A DNA stretch of 64,000 nt from Vicinamibacterales bacterium. GTDB taxonomy: Bacteria > Acidobacteriota > Vicinamibacteria > Vicinamibacterales > UBA2999. Positions 1 through 10,501 of this stretch are shown here, piece by piece. The translations under genes and the position numbers were made by a program. The notes under the pieces were generated by a model that was not told where the DNA came from, ran no database searches, and saw nothing but the letters and a program-made list of their open reading frames with translations. How positions within the stretch are numbered: the first letter of the stretch is position 1; the number at the start of each line of letters is the position of its first letter. Location: the NCBI GenBank assembly GCA_040081715.1, contig JBEBFY010000015.1, forward strand, positions 14,505 to 78,504, given 5' to 3'.

Positions 1-2
1 TG

Positions 3-800
3 GTGAACCTCTTCTTCGAGCCGAGCACGCGGACGCGGACCTCGTTCGAGATTGCCGAGAAGCGGCTGAGCGCCGACACGCTCAACATCGCCATCGCGTC
101 GTCCAGCGTGGTGAAGGGCGAAACGCTTGCGGACACCGCGCTCACGCTCGAAGCGATGAACCCAGACATGATCGTGCTGCGGCACTCGTCCTCCGGGGCC
201 GGGCATCTGCTTTCACGCATCTGCAAGTCGTCCATCATCAACGCGGGCGACGGCACGCACGAGCATCCGACACAGGCGCTGCTCGATGCCTACACGATTC
301 GCGGCAGGAAGGGCCGGATTGCGGGCCTGAAGGTGGCGATCGTCGGCGACTTGCTGCACAGCCGCGTGCTCCGCTCCAACGTGCACTTGCTGACGCGCCT
401 CGGCGCGGAGGTGTGGGTGTGCGGCCCGCCCACACTGATTCCCGTGGGTATCGCGAGCCTCGGCGTGAAGGTGACGCACCGCGTGGATGAAGCGGTGGAG
501 GGCGCGGACGTCATCATGCTGCTCCGCATCCAGCTCGAGCGGATGCAGGGCGCCTACTTTCCGTCGCTGCGCGAGTACTTTTCCGTGTTCGGCATGACCG
601 AGGCCCGCGTGCGTCTCGCAAAGGACGACGTGATCATCATGCACCCCGGGCCGATGAACCGCGGCGTGGAGATCGCGTCGGAAGTGGCCGACGGCCCGTT
701 CTCGGTGATTCTCGATCAGGTGGCCAACGGCGTTGCCGTCCGGATGGCCGTGCTGTACCTGCTGGCCGGCGGAGTGGAGCAGCATGAAGAGGCTTCTTAG
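3..800 (+). CDS. pyrB: aspartate carbamoyltransferase catalytic subunit (5' end outside window)
   Basis: ORF open to the window edge. [12 protein letters not shown] (STRTR carbamoyl-phosphate motif) and HPTQALLD motifs are present. It is followed by an overlapping pyrC. Confidence 0.95.
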   Translation: MNLFFEPSTRTRTSFEIAEKRLSADTLNIAIASSSVVKGETLADTALTLEAMNPDMIVLRHSSSGAGHLLSRICKSSIINAGDGTHEHPTQALLDAYTIRGRKGRIAGLKVAIVGDLLHSRVLRSNVHLLTRLGAEVWVCGPPTLIPVGIASLGVKVTHRVDEAVEGADVIMLLRIQLERMQGAYFPSLREYFSVFGMTEARVRLAKDDVIIMHPGPMNRGVEIASEVADGPFSVILDQVANGVAVRMAVLYLLAGGVEQHEEAS

Positions 801-2091
801 GGGTGGGCGCGTGGTGGACCCGGCCACGGGCATCGACGGGCACTTCGATGTGCTGATCGACGGCGACCGCATCGCGAAGGTGGGCAAGGATCTGCCGGTC
901 GATGGCGCCGAGGTTCTGGAGATTCCCGCAGGCTTCATCATCAGCCCCGGGCTCATCGACATGCACGTGCATCTGCGTGAACCCGGGCAGGAACACAAGG
1001 AGACAGTGGCCACGGGCACCAGCGCGGCCATCGCCGGTGGCTTCACCGCTGTGGCCTGCATGCCGAATACGACGCCGATCAACGACAACGCCAATGTGAC
1101 GTCCTACATCCTCGCGAAGGCGCGCGAGGCGAACCTGGCGCGAGTCTACCCGATTGGCGCCGTATCCCGCGGGTCCAAAGGCGAGTTTCTGGCCGACATC
1201 GCGGACATGCGCGGGGCCGGGTGCGTGGCGCTCTCCGACGACGGCTGGCCCGTGCGGACGGCACTGATGATGCGCCGGGCGCTGGAATATGCCGGCATGT
1301 TCGGCATGCCCGTGATCGACCACTGCGAGGATCCCTCGCTCAGGGCCGATGGCGTGGCACATGAAGGGTGCTGCGCCGGGATTCTTGGCCTCAAGGGCAT
1401 TCCCGCCGCGGCCGAATCGATCATGGCCGCGCGCGACATCCTCCTGTCGGAAGTGACCGGCTCCGCGGTGCACATCGCGCACATGAGCGCGCGGACGTCG
1501 CTGCGTGAAGTGCGGAAGGGGAAGGAGGTGGGCATCAGGGTGACTTGTGAGGTGACGCCACATCACTTCACCCTCACGGACGACGCCCTGGCCGCGCCGG
1601 TTCCCTACGACACCAACACCAAGATGAACCCGCCGCTGCGTGAAGTAGCCGACCGCGACTCGATGATCGCCGGCATTGCCGACGGCAGCATCGACGCGAT
1701 TGCCACCGACCACGCGCCGCACCACTACGACGAGAAGAAGGTGGAGTTCGACCAGGCGCCCTTCGGCATCGTGGGCCTGGAGACCGCCGTGTCGCTTACC
1801 TTCGACCGGCTCGTGCACGCGGGCGTGATCGGCCTGAGTCGCATGGTGGCGCTGCTCTCCACCAATCCCGCGCGCATCCTGAGCATTCCCGGAGGGACGC
1901 TGGCCGAAGGGTCGCTCGCGGACATCACCATCCTTGCGCCGGACCTGAAGGTGCGCGTGGCTGCAGCCAGCATGCGCACGCGGTCGAAGAACATGCCGTT
2001 CGAGGGCTGGGAGCTGCGCGGCGGCGTGGCGGCAACGATCGTCGGCGGGCGGACGCTCTACGCCAACCCCGATGCGGGGCTGCGCATCTGA
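784..2091 (+). CDS. pyrC: dihydroorotase
   Basis: Track ORF 733..2091 trimmed to ATG 784 ([13 protein letters not shown]). It has the [10 protein letters not shown] HxH metal motif and is amidohydrolase-like throughout. It overlaps the pyrB stop, as in pyrBC operons. Confidence 0.92.
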   Translation: MKRLLRGGRVVDPATGIDGHFDVLIDGDRIAKVGKDLPVDGAEVLEIPAGFIISPGLIDMHVHLREPGQEHKETVATGTSAAIAGGFTAVACMPNTTPINDNANVTSYILAKAREANLARVYPIGAVSRGSKGEFLADIADMRGAGCVALSDDGWPVRTALMMRRALEYAGMFGMPVIDHCEDPSLRADGVAHEGCCAGILGLKGIPAAAESIMAARDILLSEVTGSAVHIAHMSARTSLREVRKGKEVGIRVTCEVTPHHFTLTDDALAAPVPYDTNTKMNPPLREVADRDSMIAGIADGSIDAIATDHAPHHYDEKKVEFDQAPFGIVGLETAVSLTFDRLVHAGVIGLSRMVALLSTNPARILSIPGGTLAEGSLADITILAPDLKVRVAAASMRTRSKNMPFEGWELRGGVAATIVGGRTLYANPDAGLRI

Positions 2092-2124
2092 CGCGGCCGC
2101 GGCCCTCGGCGATCTGAGAGGGCC

Positions 2125-3030
2125 ATGGCGGTAAGGGCGTCACGTCCAGGGCGTACGCGGCGGGCGAGTCTGGACGCGGCCACCCTGGGACCCAGGCTCC
2201 ACGCGCTTTACACCGGCTTCGACCACGTCGAGTCCGCCACCGATCCGGTCCACATCGTCCGGCGCTACTCGCGGCCTGAGGATCAGGAGATCGTCGGCTT
2301 CTGCGCCGCTGGCCTCGCGTTCGGCCGGGTGGCGAGCGTCCTGCAGTCTGTCGAAGCCCTGCTGGCGCTGATGGGACCGTCCCCTGCCGCCTATGTCCGC
2401 AGCTTTGACGTGGAGCGCGAGCGCCCTCGACTGAAACCGCTCGTGCACCGCTGGATCCGCGGCGACGACCTGACCGCGCTCATGCTGGTGCTCCAGCGCA
2501 TGCTGCGGGAGCACGGATCCATTGAGGGCTTCTTCCTGGCCGGAGACGACGACACCGCGCCCGACCTGGCGCCCGGTTTCAATTCCTTCTCGGAGCGGGC
2601 GCTGGCAATGGACCTGCGGCCCGCCTATGGACGCGTGCCGAAGCGACCCGGCGCGGCGTACTTCTTCCCGCGTCCGTCAGCCGGCAGCGCCTGCAAGCGG
2701 CTCAACCTCTTCCTGCGCTGGATGGTTCGGAAGGATGCGATCGACCTCGGCGTGTGGACGCGCGTATCCCCCTCGCGCCTCATCGTGCCGCTCGACACGC
2801 ACATCATCCGCCTCGGCCGCTGCCTGAGACTCACACGCCTGACCAGCCCAGGCTGGAAGATGGCCGCTCAGGTGACGGCATCGCTCCGGGAGATCGATCC
2901 CGCCGACCCGGTCCGCTTCGATTTCTCGCTCTGCCACATCGGCATGAACGGCGCGTGCGGCTTTGGCACGCGCGGCGGCGACGAGGCCTGTCCCCTCAAG
3001 GGCCACTGTCACCCGGAACAGATCCCCTAG
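2125..3030 (+). CDS. TIGR02757/DUF2400-family uncharacterised protein
   Basis: 301 aa. The N-terminal region (DPVHIVRRY...DQEIVGFCAAGLAFG) and overall layout match my recollection of the TIGR02757 family. There is a C-terminal Cys cluster, CHIGMNGAC..CPLKGHC. Confidence 0.7.
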   Translation: MAVRASRPGRTRRASLDAATLGPRLHALYTGFDHVESATDPVHIVRRYSRPEDQEIVGFCAAGLAFGRVASVLQSVEALLALMGPSPAAYVRSFDVERERPRLKPLVHRWIRGDDLTALMLVLQRMLREHGSIEGFFLAGDDDTAPDLAPGFNSFSERALAMDLRPAYGRVPKRPGAAYFFPRPSAGSACKRLNLFLRWMVRKDAIDLGVWTRVSPSRLIVPLDTHIIRLGRCLRLTRLTSPGWKMAAQVTASLREIDPADPVRFDFSLCHIGMNGACGFGTRGGDEACPLKGHCHPEQIP

Positions 3031-3046
3031 CACCACGGGTGCCAGC

Positions 3047-3496
3047 TCAGGCGACCGTCAGACATCGCAGCGCGGCCGCCACGCGCGACATGCGGGCGTG
3101 GGCGTCGTTGGCCACGTCGTGGATGGCTGGTGACAGGCCGCCGGCCGCTGAGCCGAGCAGCGCCAGCGGATCAGTCAGGCGGACGATGGATTGCCCTGGT
3201 GCGGCCTCCTCCACCGTGACGTTGCAGGGAAGCAGCAGGCCGACGTTCGGGTCCGACGACACCGCCGTGAAGGCCAGGGGCGGGTTGCAAGCGCCGAGGA
3301 TCGTGTAGCGCCGGAAGTCCTTGCCGAGCTTCTCTTTGAACGCGGCCTGCAGGTCAATCTCGGTGAGCACGCCGAACCCTTCCGCCTTGAGCGCGGCGCG
3401 AGTGGCATCGCCGGCGGCCTCGAATGCCAGGGGAAGCGACACTTCAAAGCCAAGGGGCGCGCGCTGATCGGTGTCTGGCGTATGCATGTCTGCCAT
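3047..3496 (-). CDS. DUF302 domain protein
   Basis: 149 aa. The segment FGVLTEIDLQAAFKEKLGKDFRRYTILGACNPPLA is typical of DUF302 (PF03625). Confidence 0.8.
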   Translation of the reverse strand: MADMHTPDTDQRAPLGFEVSLPLAFEAAGDATRAALKAEGFGVLTEIDLQAAFKEKLGKDFRRYTILGACNPPLAFTAVSSDPNVGLLLPCNVTVEEAAPGQSIVRLTDPLALLGSAAGGLSPAIHDVANDAHARMSRVAAALRCLTVA

Positions 3497-3527
3497 CGTA
3501 TCCGCGAGGCGAGGGATGCCGGCACGT

Positions 3528-4619
3528 TCAGCGGATGAGCCGCGCGTAGAGCGCGGCGGTGTCCGAGACGATCCGGTCTAGCGAGAAGAGCGACCGCGCC
3601 CGCGCACGGGCGCTGTTGCCCAGGGCCTGCCGCAGCGAGCCGTCCTCAAGCAGCCGGACGATGGCTGCGGCCATGGCCTTGTCGTCCCGCGGTGGCACGA
3701 GCAGACCCGAGATGCCGTCCTCAATCAGATCCGGAATGTGACCAACGGCCGTGGCGACGATGGGTCTCCCGGCGGCCATCGCCTCGATGATGGCCATCGA
3801 GCCGGTCGGGTGGAGCGAGGCCGAGGCATAGACATCGAAGCTCTTGGTGTGACGGGCCACGTCAGACAGAAACCCTGGCAGGAACACGTGGCGCTCGAGG
3901 TGCCGCGCGTGTACGTCTCGTGTCAGCCCTTCGTAGAGGGAACCCTCGCCGAGGAGCACGAAGCGCGCATCGGGCACGTGCCGCAGCACGAGTCCGGCGG
4001 CTGTGATCAGGTGGTGATGGCCCTTCTGTGGCTCCAGCGCCGAGACGTTTCCCACGACCGGGGCGTGGGTGGGCAGGAACAGCTCCGCGTGGATCGGCGC
4101 CGGTTCCAGGTTGTCGATGAAGTCCATGTCCACGCCGGGCGGAATCACGGTGACCTTCGCGGAGGGCACGCCTTCCGCCATCAACCGTTGCCGGACGGTG
4201 GCGTTGGTGGCGATGAACGCATCCACCTGGCTGTACTTCCATCGCGAGAACGCCGTGCGCCCTGGCCGGAACTCGGTGCGGCGGGTCACCACCAGCGGCA
4301 GGCGCGGCGTGGGTGAGAGGATCGAGATGGCCGTGGCCGCCATGGCCACGGCGTGCGAGTCGTGCGCATGCACAACGTCCGGCTTCACGGACTTGAGCAC
4401 CCGCGAGAGTCGCCACGCGGCCGCGATGTCCACGTCGCCCTTCGGGGCGAGGGCCACGACGTCCATCCCCTCCGTCATCCTGCGGAAGAGCGGACCGGCC
4501 GGATGCGCCACCAGCGTGGCGCGGTCGCCCCGCTCGCGCAGGCCGACCACGAGGTCGAACACCTGGCGTTCGCTGCCGCGCCAGAAGGGCGACGTATCGA
4601 TGTGGAGAGAGTGGATCAC
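3528..4619 (-). CDS. glycosyltransferase family 4 (GT-B, GT1/GT4 type)
   Basis: 363 aa with a GTG start. The C-terminal half has the GT4 signature region (VFLPGF...YASASLHPTGSMAIIEAMAAGRPIVAT..G.IPDLIEDG.SGLLV). Confidence 0.87.
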   Translation of the reverse strand: MIHSLHIDTSPFWRGSERQVFDLVVGLRERGDRATLVAHPAGPLFRRMTEGMDVVALAPKGDVDIAAAWRLSRVLKSVKPDVVHAHDSHAVAMAATAISILSPTPRLPLVVTRRTEFRPGRTAFSRWKYSQVDAFIATNATVRQRLMAEGVPSAKVTVIPPGVDMDFIDNLEPAPIHAELFLPTHAPVVGNVSALEPQKGHHHLITAAGLVLRHVPDARFVLLGEGSLYEGLTRDVHARHLERHVFLPGFLSDVARHTKSFDVYASASLHPTGSMAIIEAMAAGRPIVATAVGHIPDLIEDGISGLLVPPRDDKAMAAAIVRLLEDGSLRQALGNSARARARSLFSLDRIVSDTAALYARLIR

Positions 4620-4620
4620 A

Positions 4621-5370
4621 TTAGGGGCGTCGCGAGAGCTCCCAGAGCTTGGCGAACTTCAGGAACACCGAGTAGCCGCCAACAACTGATAGCGTGAATC
4701 CCGCCGTTCCGTCGAGGAACCCCCGCCGCAGGATGTAGCTGCGGAGGAACGCGGCGGGCGGCTGCAGGACCAGTTGGACGAAGCCGGACCGCCGGCCTTC
4801 CGCGTGCATCTTGCGGGCGGCGAGCGTCGTGTAGTGATTGATCCGGTCGAGCTGGTCGGCCAGGTCCCGGTAGGAGTAGTGCTCCAGCTCGCCCTTGAGG
4901 TACCCCATCGGACTGGTGATCTTGACGGACTCGTGGACGTAGTCGCCCTGCCAGGCGCCGGCCCGGCGGTCGTAGAGGCGGAGCTGATAGTCCGGGTAGT
5001 GATCCGTGGTGCGGATCCAACGGCCGAGGTGGAACAGCACGCGGGGCACCCGGTAGCCACGCCGTGGCGGCTCGGACGCCAGAAGTGCCCGGACCTCCGC
5101 GGCCAGCGCGGGCGTGACGCGCTCGTCGGCGTCGAGCGAGAAGATCCAGTCGTTGGCGGCGAGGCCGTGCGCGTAGGTCTTCTGGTCCAGGTAGCCGGTC
5201 CAGTCGCGGTGTTCCACGCGCGCCCCGTGCGCCCTTGCCAAGGCGACGGTGTCGTCTCTGCTGCCGCAGTCAACGACAACGATCTCATCCGCCCATCGAA
5301 CCGAGTCGATGGCAGGGCCGATCTGCTCGGCTTCGTCTTTCGTGATGATGGTGACCGAGACCTTCGGCAC
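4621..5370 (-). CDS. glycosyltransferase family 2 (LPS-core WaaE/KdtX-like)
   Basis: 249 aa. The N-terminal VSVTIITKDEA...VVVDCGSRDDT...SLDADE contains the GT2 DxD-type motifs. Its stop lies 1 nt from the GT4 start. Confidence 0.87.
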   Translation of the reverse strand: MPKVSVTIITKDEAEQIGPAIDSVRWADEIVVVDCGSRDDTVALARAHGARVEHRDWTGYLDQKTYAHGLAANDWIFSLDADERVTPALAAEVRALLASEPPRRGYRVPRVLFHLGRWIRTTDHYPDYQLRLYDRRAGAWQGDYVHESVKITSPMGYLKGELEHYSYRDLADQLDRINHYTTLAARKMHAEGRRSGFVQLVLQPPAAFLRSYILRRGFLDGTAGFTLSVVGGYSVFLKFAKLWELSRRP

Positions 5371-5431
5371 CCGGGCATCTTAGCCCAGGCATCGTAATCG
5401 TCCGCGGCCACGGCCGGCTAGAACGCGCGCA

Positions 5432-7078
5432 CTAAAACGCGCGCTGGGTGCTCGAACCGCTCGTGGTGGCGGCGGTCGGCGGCGTGGCGGTGCCAGTGCC
5501 CGCACTGGCACCGGAGACACCGGACACGCCCGAGAGAGGTGCCTGCTGGATGGTTTCGAAGTCCACGACGGACTTGTTGTAGTCGAGGATGGCCTTGAGC
5601 TCGTTGTTCTGTGCCAGCGCGAGGTCCCGCTGCGCCTGGAACACGAAGAAGCTGGTGGATTGCCCGGCCGCGAACTTCTTCGTCTCCGCATCCAGCCGGC
5701 GCGCGGCCAGTTCGCGGGACGCGCGCGTGCTGCCCACGCGCTTCTGGTTCGTGGTGAGCGTGCGTGCGGCGTCGCGCACCTGCGTGGCCACCTGCAACTG
5801 CTGGTTCCTGAGCTGGAGCTTGGCCTGCGACTGCTGCAGCTTCGTGCGGGCCAGGTTGGCCTGCTGCGACGTCTGGCCGAGGGGGTAGTTCACGTTCAGG
5901 GAGAGCGTCCAGCGCGGGTATTGGTTCTGGAAGATGTCGCCCAGCGCCGCGCCGTAGCTGCGCTGCGAGGTGCCGATAATCGGCCCCGGGAAGCCGGCGC
6001 CCCGGATCGCCTGCGTGCCGCCGAGGCCGGAGAGGCCGTAGTCGAGCTGGGCGTTGACTTCCGGCAGCGTCTGGTCCGTCATGAAGCGGAGGCTGATGTC
6101 GGTGGCTTCGATCGAGGTCTGGGCCTGCTTGAGATCCGTGCGCGACTCGACGGCCTTCGCCACGGCACCGTCCACGTTCACCGTCAGCGGCGTGAACGGC
6201 GGCCGGTCGCTCGGCTCGATCCGCACGGTCCAGAAGTCCGGCGAGGCCGGGTCGAGGATGAGCGCCCGCAGGGTGTCCTCGGCGCGGTCGATGGCGGCCT
6301 CCCCTACGATCACGGCTTCATCCCGCTGGGCCACTTCGGCCTCGGCTTCCACGATGTCGATGGGGGCCATGGTGCCGATCTCCACGCGTGCCTTGTTGTT
6401 GCGGAGCGACTCGCGCGCGAGGTCCAGCGACTGCCGCTGCACGGTGAGCGACTCGATCGCGTAGGCGAGGTCCCAGTAGGCGTTGCGCACGGCCCGTGAG
6501 GTGGTGGCGATGGAGGCCTGCACATCGAGGTCCGAGTTCGAGCGCGTCTTCCGGCCGATCTCGAGCTGCTGCTTGACGTTGTCGATCTTGAAGTTGCGCA
6601 GCAGCGGCTGTACCACCGAGAGGCTCATCGACGAGTTGTACTGCGGGTTGAAGTTGGTGAAGAGGTTCGTGGTGGTGGCGCGCGTGTTGTCCCAGCCGAG
6701 CGCGTAGCTGGCACCATGCCACTTTGTGGCCTGACGGATGCCCGCGTTGCCGGCGAACCGCCGGTCGTTGATTTCGTCGCCGACGCCACCCGACAGGAAG
6801 CTGGAGTTGGGCGTGGCCGTGCTGGTGGTGGAGCCGGTGCCGGTCAGCGACGGGCTCCAGGCGGTGAGCGTCTGCGCGATGTTCAGGTCCTGAAGCTGGG
6901 GCGCGAGCTTCGCCACCTGAATGCCCAGATTGTGCTCCAGCGCCTGGCGCACCGCGTCTTCGACCGACAGCCGCCGGACCTCACGAGGTACGGCCCCTGG
7001 TGTCTGGGCGCCGGCCGCGCTCCCGAGCGTGGCGACGAGCGTGGCAGCGATGGCAATTCGGTGACAGAGCGTGGACAT
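5432..7078 (-). CDS. TolC-family outer membrane efflux protein
   Basis: 548 aa with a signal peptide (ATLGSAAGAQ). Two repeated coiled-coil/beta-barrel halves are typical of the OEP family. The C-terminal tail is Ser/Gly/Thr-rich. Confidence 0.87.
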   Translation of the reverse strand: MSTLCHRIAIAATLVATLGSAAGAQTPGAVPREVRRLSVEDAVRQALEHNLGIQVAKLAPQLQDLNIAQTLTAWSPSLTGTGSTTSTATPNSSFLSGGVGDEINDRRFAGNAGIRQATKWHGASYALGWDNTRATTTNLFTNFNPQYNSSMSLSVVQPLLRNFKIDNVKQQLEIGRKTRSNSDLDVQASIATTSRAVRNAYWDLAYAIESLTVQRQSLDLARESLRNNKARVEIGTMAPIDIVEAEAEVAQRDEAVIVGEAAIDRAEDTLRALILDPASPDFWTVRIEPSDRPPFTPLTVNVDGAVAKAVESRTDLKQAQTSIEATDISLRFMTDQTLPEVNAQLDYGLSGLGGTQAIRGAGFPGPIIGTSQRSYGAALGDIFQNQYPRWTLSLNVNYPLGQTSQQANLARTKLQQSQAKLQLRNQQLQVATQVRDAARTLTTNQKRVGSTRASRELAARRLDAETKKFAAGQSTSFFVFQAQRDLALAQNNELKAILDYNKSVVDFETIQQAPLSGVSGVSGASAGTGTATPPTAATTSGSSTQRAF

Positions 7079-7167
7079 GAATAGGGGACTCCTCAGTTCG
7101 AACGCTGCAGGGGTAGACGATCAGGCCGGGCGAATGGTTTCACCGGGCAGCTATACTGGCCATTCCC

Positions 7168-7740
7168 ATGGACGTCATCGACATCTTCCGTCGCACGGGC
7201 GCGCTGCTCGACGGTCACTTTCTCCTATCGTCAGGATTGCACAGTCCGGGCTACCTGCAGTGCGCGCTGGTGCTCCAGCATCCGCCCCAGGCCGAGGCCT
7301 GCGGCGCGGCCATCGCGGACCGCGTGCGAAGCCTCAACGTGCAGACGGTGCTCTCCCCGGCGCTTGGCGGCATCGTGATCGGCCAGGAAGTGGGCCGGGC
7401 GCTGGGTGTGCGGGCGATCTTCGCGGAACGCCAGGAGGGCAGGCTGGTGCTGCGCCGCGGCTTCACCCTCGCGCCGGGCGAGCGCGTGCTCGTCGTGGAG
7501 GACGTGGTCACAACGGGCGGGTCGACGCGGGAGACGATCGACGTGGCCCGCGGCCGGGGGGCCGTGGTCATCGGGGCGGCGTCGATCGTGGACCGGAGTG
7601 GCGGCAACCCGGGCCTGGACGTGCCGTATCACGCGCTGGCCACCATGGCCTTGCCGACCTACCAGCCAGAGTCGTGCCCCCTCTGCGCGGCGGGAACGCC
7701 GGCTATCAAGCCGGGGTCTCGCACTCCGGCCACTTCGTAA
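7168..7740 (+). CDS. pyrE: orotate phosphoribosyltransferase
   Basis: 190 aa. The PRPP-binding loop VLVVEDVVTTGGS is present, and the N-terminus (FLLSSGLHSPGYLQC) resembles short-type PyrE. Confidence 0.9.
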   Translation: MDVIDIFRRTGALLDGHFLLSSGLHSPGYLQCALVLQHPPQAEACGAAIADRVRSLNVQTVLSPALGGIVIGQEVGRALGVRAIFAERQEGRLVLRRGFTLAPGERVLVVEDVVTTGGSTRETIDVARGRGAVVIGAASIVDRSGGNPGLDVPYHALATMALPTYQPESCPLCAAGTPAIKPGSRTPATS

Positions 7741-7759
7741 CGCAGCCGGGCACGGCCCG

Positions 7760-8524
7760 ATGCGCATCCTCCGCCTGACCGTGGCCTACGACGGCACGTC
7801 GTTCGTGGGCTTTCAACGCCAGGCCGCTGGTGCCTCCATTCAGGGCCTGCTCGAGGATGCGCTCGCGCCGCTCGAGGGTGGTCCCGTGACTGTGCATGGA
7901 GCCGGGCGGACCGATGCCGGCGTCCACGCCCTCGGTCAGGTGGCGAGCGTGGCCGTTTCCTTTACATACGACACCGCGACCATCCGCCGCGCACTGAACG
8001 TGAACCTGCCCGTCACGCTACGCGTGCTGGACGTGGAGGATGCCCCGGAGGGGTTCCATGCCCGCTTCAACGCGGGGCTCAAGGCGTATCGCTACCAGAT
8101 CGCCAACACACCGGTGGTGAGCCCGTTTCTCGCGCCGTTCGTGTGGCATGTGCCGGATCCCCTCAGCGTGGAGCCGATGGCCGAGGCTGCGGCGGCGCTG
8201 GTCGGCGAGCACAACTTTGCCGCTTTCCAGAGTGCCGGCACGCAGGTGACTACAACGGTGCGCACCATCACGGTGTCCACGCTGACCCGCCAGAAGGCCA
8301 TGTCGGGCGATGCGGCCCTCCAGGATCTGCTCGTCTACGAAGTGAGCGGCACGGGTTTCCTCCGGCACATGGTCCGCGCGATCGCCGGGACGCTGGTCGA
8401 GATCGGGCGCGGCCACCGCACTTCTGAATCGATGCGGCGGCTGCTGGAGGGCGGGAGCCGTCACGATGCCGGCCCGACCGCTCCCGCCGCGGGCCTCTGC
8501 CTCGTCCGCGTCGACTACACGTAG
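7760..8524 (+). CDS. truA: tRNA pseudouridine(38-40) synthase
   Basis: Track ORF trimmed to ATG 7760 (MRILRLTVAYDGTSFVGFQRQ). The catalytic region GAGRTDAGVHALGQV is present. Confidence 0.92.
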   Translation: MRILRLTVAYDGTSFVGFQRQAAGASIQGLLEDALAPLEGGPVTVHGAGRTDAGVHALGQVASVAVSFTYDTATIRRALNVNLPVTLRVLDVEDAPEGFHARFNAGLKAYRYQIANTPVVSPFLAPFVWHVPDPLSVEPMAEAAAALVGEHNFAAFQSAGTQVTTTVRTITVSTLTRQKAMSGDAALQDLLVYEVSGTGFLRHMVRAIAGTLVEIGRGHRTSESMRRLLEGGSRHDAGPTAPAAGLCLVRVDYT

Positions 8525-8768
8525 CGGCCGACCCTACCGCGAGCCTGCACTATTCACGAGTGCGCGAGTCTCTGAGCGGGGAGGCACCTCCGCGTGCCAG
8601 CGACGCTGAGGGACGGGCGCGTTCGGGCGGGGACGGCAGTCTCACGGCCGGACGGGAGGCCGCGGGATGGCCTTGGCCAGCATCGCGCCGCCGTCGGAAC
8701 TCGCGTGGGGCTAATCAAAGGTGGCGGTCAGGGGCCGATCCGCCAGGTCTGGAAAGAGAACAGCCTGC

Positions 8769-8888
8769 TCAGAACTTGCCCTTGCGGCGGCCGAGGCGGA
8801 CACGGCGGCGCATGATGTAGAGCGTCACGAGAACGAGGGCCACAAGGAGGATGATCGAGAGCAATGTCCCACTGGGAATCATGAACAT
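8769..8888 (-). CDS. hypothetical small membrane peptide (39 aa)
   Basis: MFMIPSGTLLSIILLVALVLVTLYIMRRRVRLGRRKGKF is one hydrophobic helix followed by a strongly basic tail. An AAGGA Shine-Dalgarno lies 5 nt upstream of ATG 8888. It sits alone in a 770-bp gene-poor gap. No homology is recognised. Confidence 0.3.
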   Translation of the reverse strand: MFMIPSGTLLSIILLVALVLVTLYIMRRRVRLGRRKGKF

Positions 8889-9293
8889 ACGCATCCTTTT
8901 CGGAGTCGGGGTTCGACTTTCGCCAGGATGTCCACCGTGGGCGCCCCGGATCGACACTCTTATACACCAACGGCCTTCCGCGTGGGCCAAGCTTTCAACT
9001 TAGGGACGATCAACATCGCCACCGCCGGGATGACCATCGGCAGGAGGTGAAGCCCGACAAGGGGCTATCACACCTGGTTGCCCGATCCTCGCGACGAGCC
9101 GCCGGCTTCTAGCGGCCGGGGGAACGACGTCCCCTTCACCGAAGCGTGATCGACGGCGAAGGGATCGCCAACCTGCGCGAACGGAGGCGGGCCGTTGCCA
9201 ATGATGGGAAAGCTGGATGCGCGGTGCCGCTCGAGCAGGAGCCTGCTGGGAGTCCGGAACTCGATCAGCAGCGGAATGTCCGCCGGGGCATCG

Positions 9294-9644
9294 CTAGTAG
9301 CGTGGGACAGACGGATCGACCTCGCGTGACCACGCCTCGATGCCGCCCGCCAGGTTCTGGAGGTTGCGGAATCCCCGCTCCCTGAAATAGTCGGCCGCCC
9401 CCTGGCTGCGTATGCCGTGGTGGCACTGAAACACCATGGGTGTCTCGCGGTCGAGTTCGAGCAGGGCGTCGTGGTACGCCTGGTCGAGCAACCGCGATCC
9501 GTCGATGCTGGCGATCGCGCGTTCGTGCTCCGTGCGCACGTCCACCAACTCGAACGCCGTTCCGCCATCCAGGAGTGCTTTCAACGCAGAGGGGGAGATC
9601 TGACGCACTGGTGGCACAGCCGGACTGGTGACGCTGGGGTCCAT
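9294..9644 (-). CDS. rhodanese-like sulfurtransferase domain protein
   Basis: 116 aa. It has the active-site loop CHHGIRS (CxxxxR) and a GGIEAW motif. Confidence 0.85.
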   Translation of the reverse strand: MDPSVTSPAVPPVRQISPSALKALLDGGTAFELVDVRTEHERAIASIDGSRLLDQAYHDALLELDRETPMVFQCHHGIRSQGAADYFRERGFRNLQNLAGGIEAWSREVDPSVPRY

Positions 9645-9712
9645 GACTTCCGATTGTGCTGTGCCCTCCGGGGCGGGTCAATTGCGGGGACCGCGGCATA
9701 TGATCAGGGCGC

Positions 9713-10498
<786 letters not shown>

Positions 10499-10501
10499 TC
10501 G

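Noticed and set aside
8715-8790. An SRP (4.5S) RNA-like motif CCAGGTCTGGAAAGAGAACAGCC on the + strand.
   Set aside because: It resembles the domain IV consensus CAGGUCCGGAAGGAAGCAGCC. However, the conserved GGAAGCA 3' side is altered (AGAGAACA), and I could not pair the flanks into the expected long hairpin. It is worth an Rfam scan but is not supportable by eye.
8901-8925. A tRNA T-arm-like fragment, CGGGGTTCGAC.
   Set aside because: The 3' half of the stem (CCCCG) is missing and no cloverleaf can be built around it.
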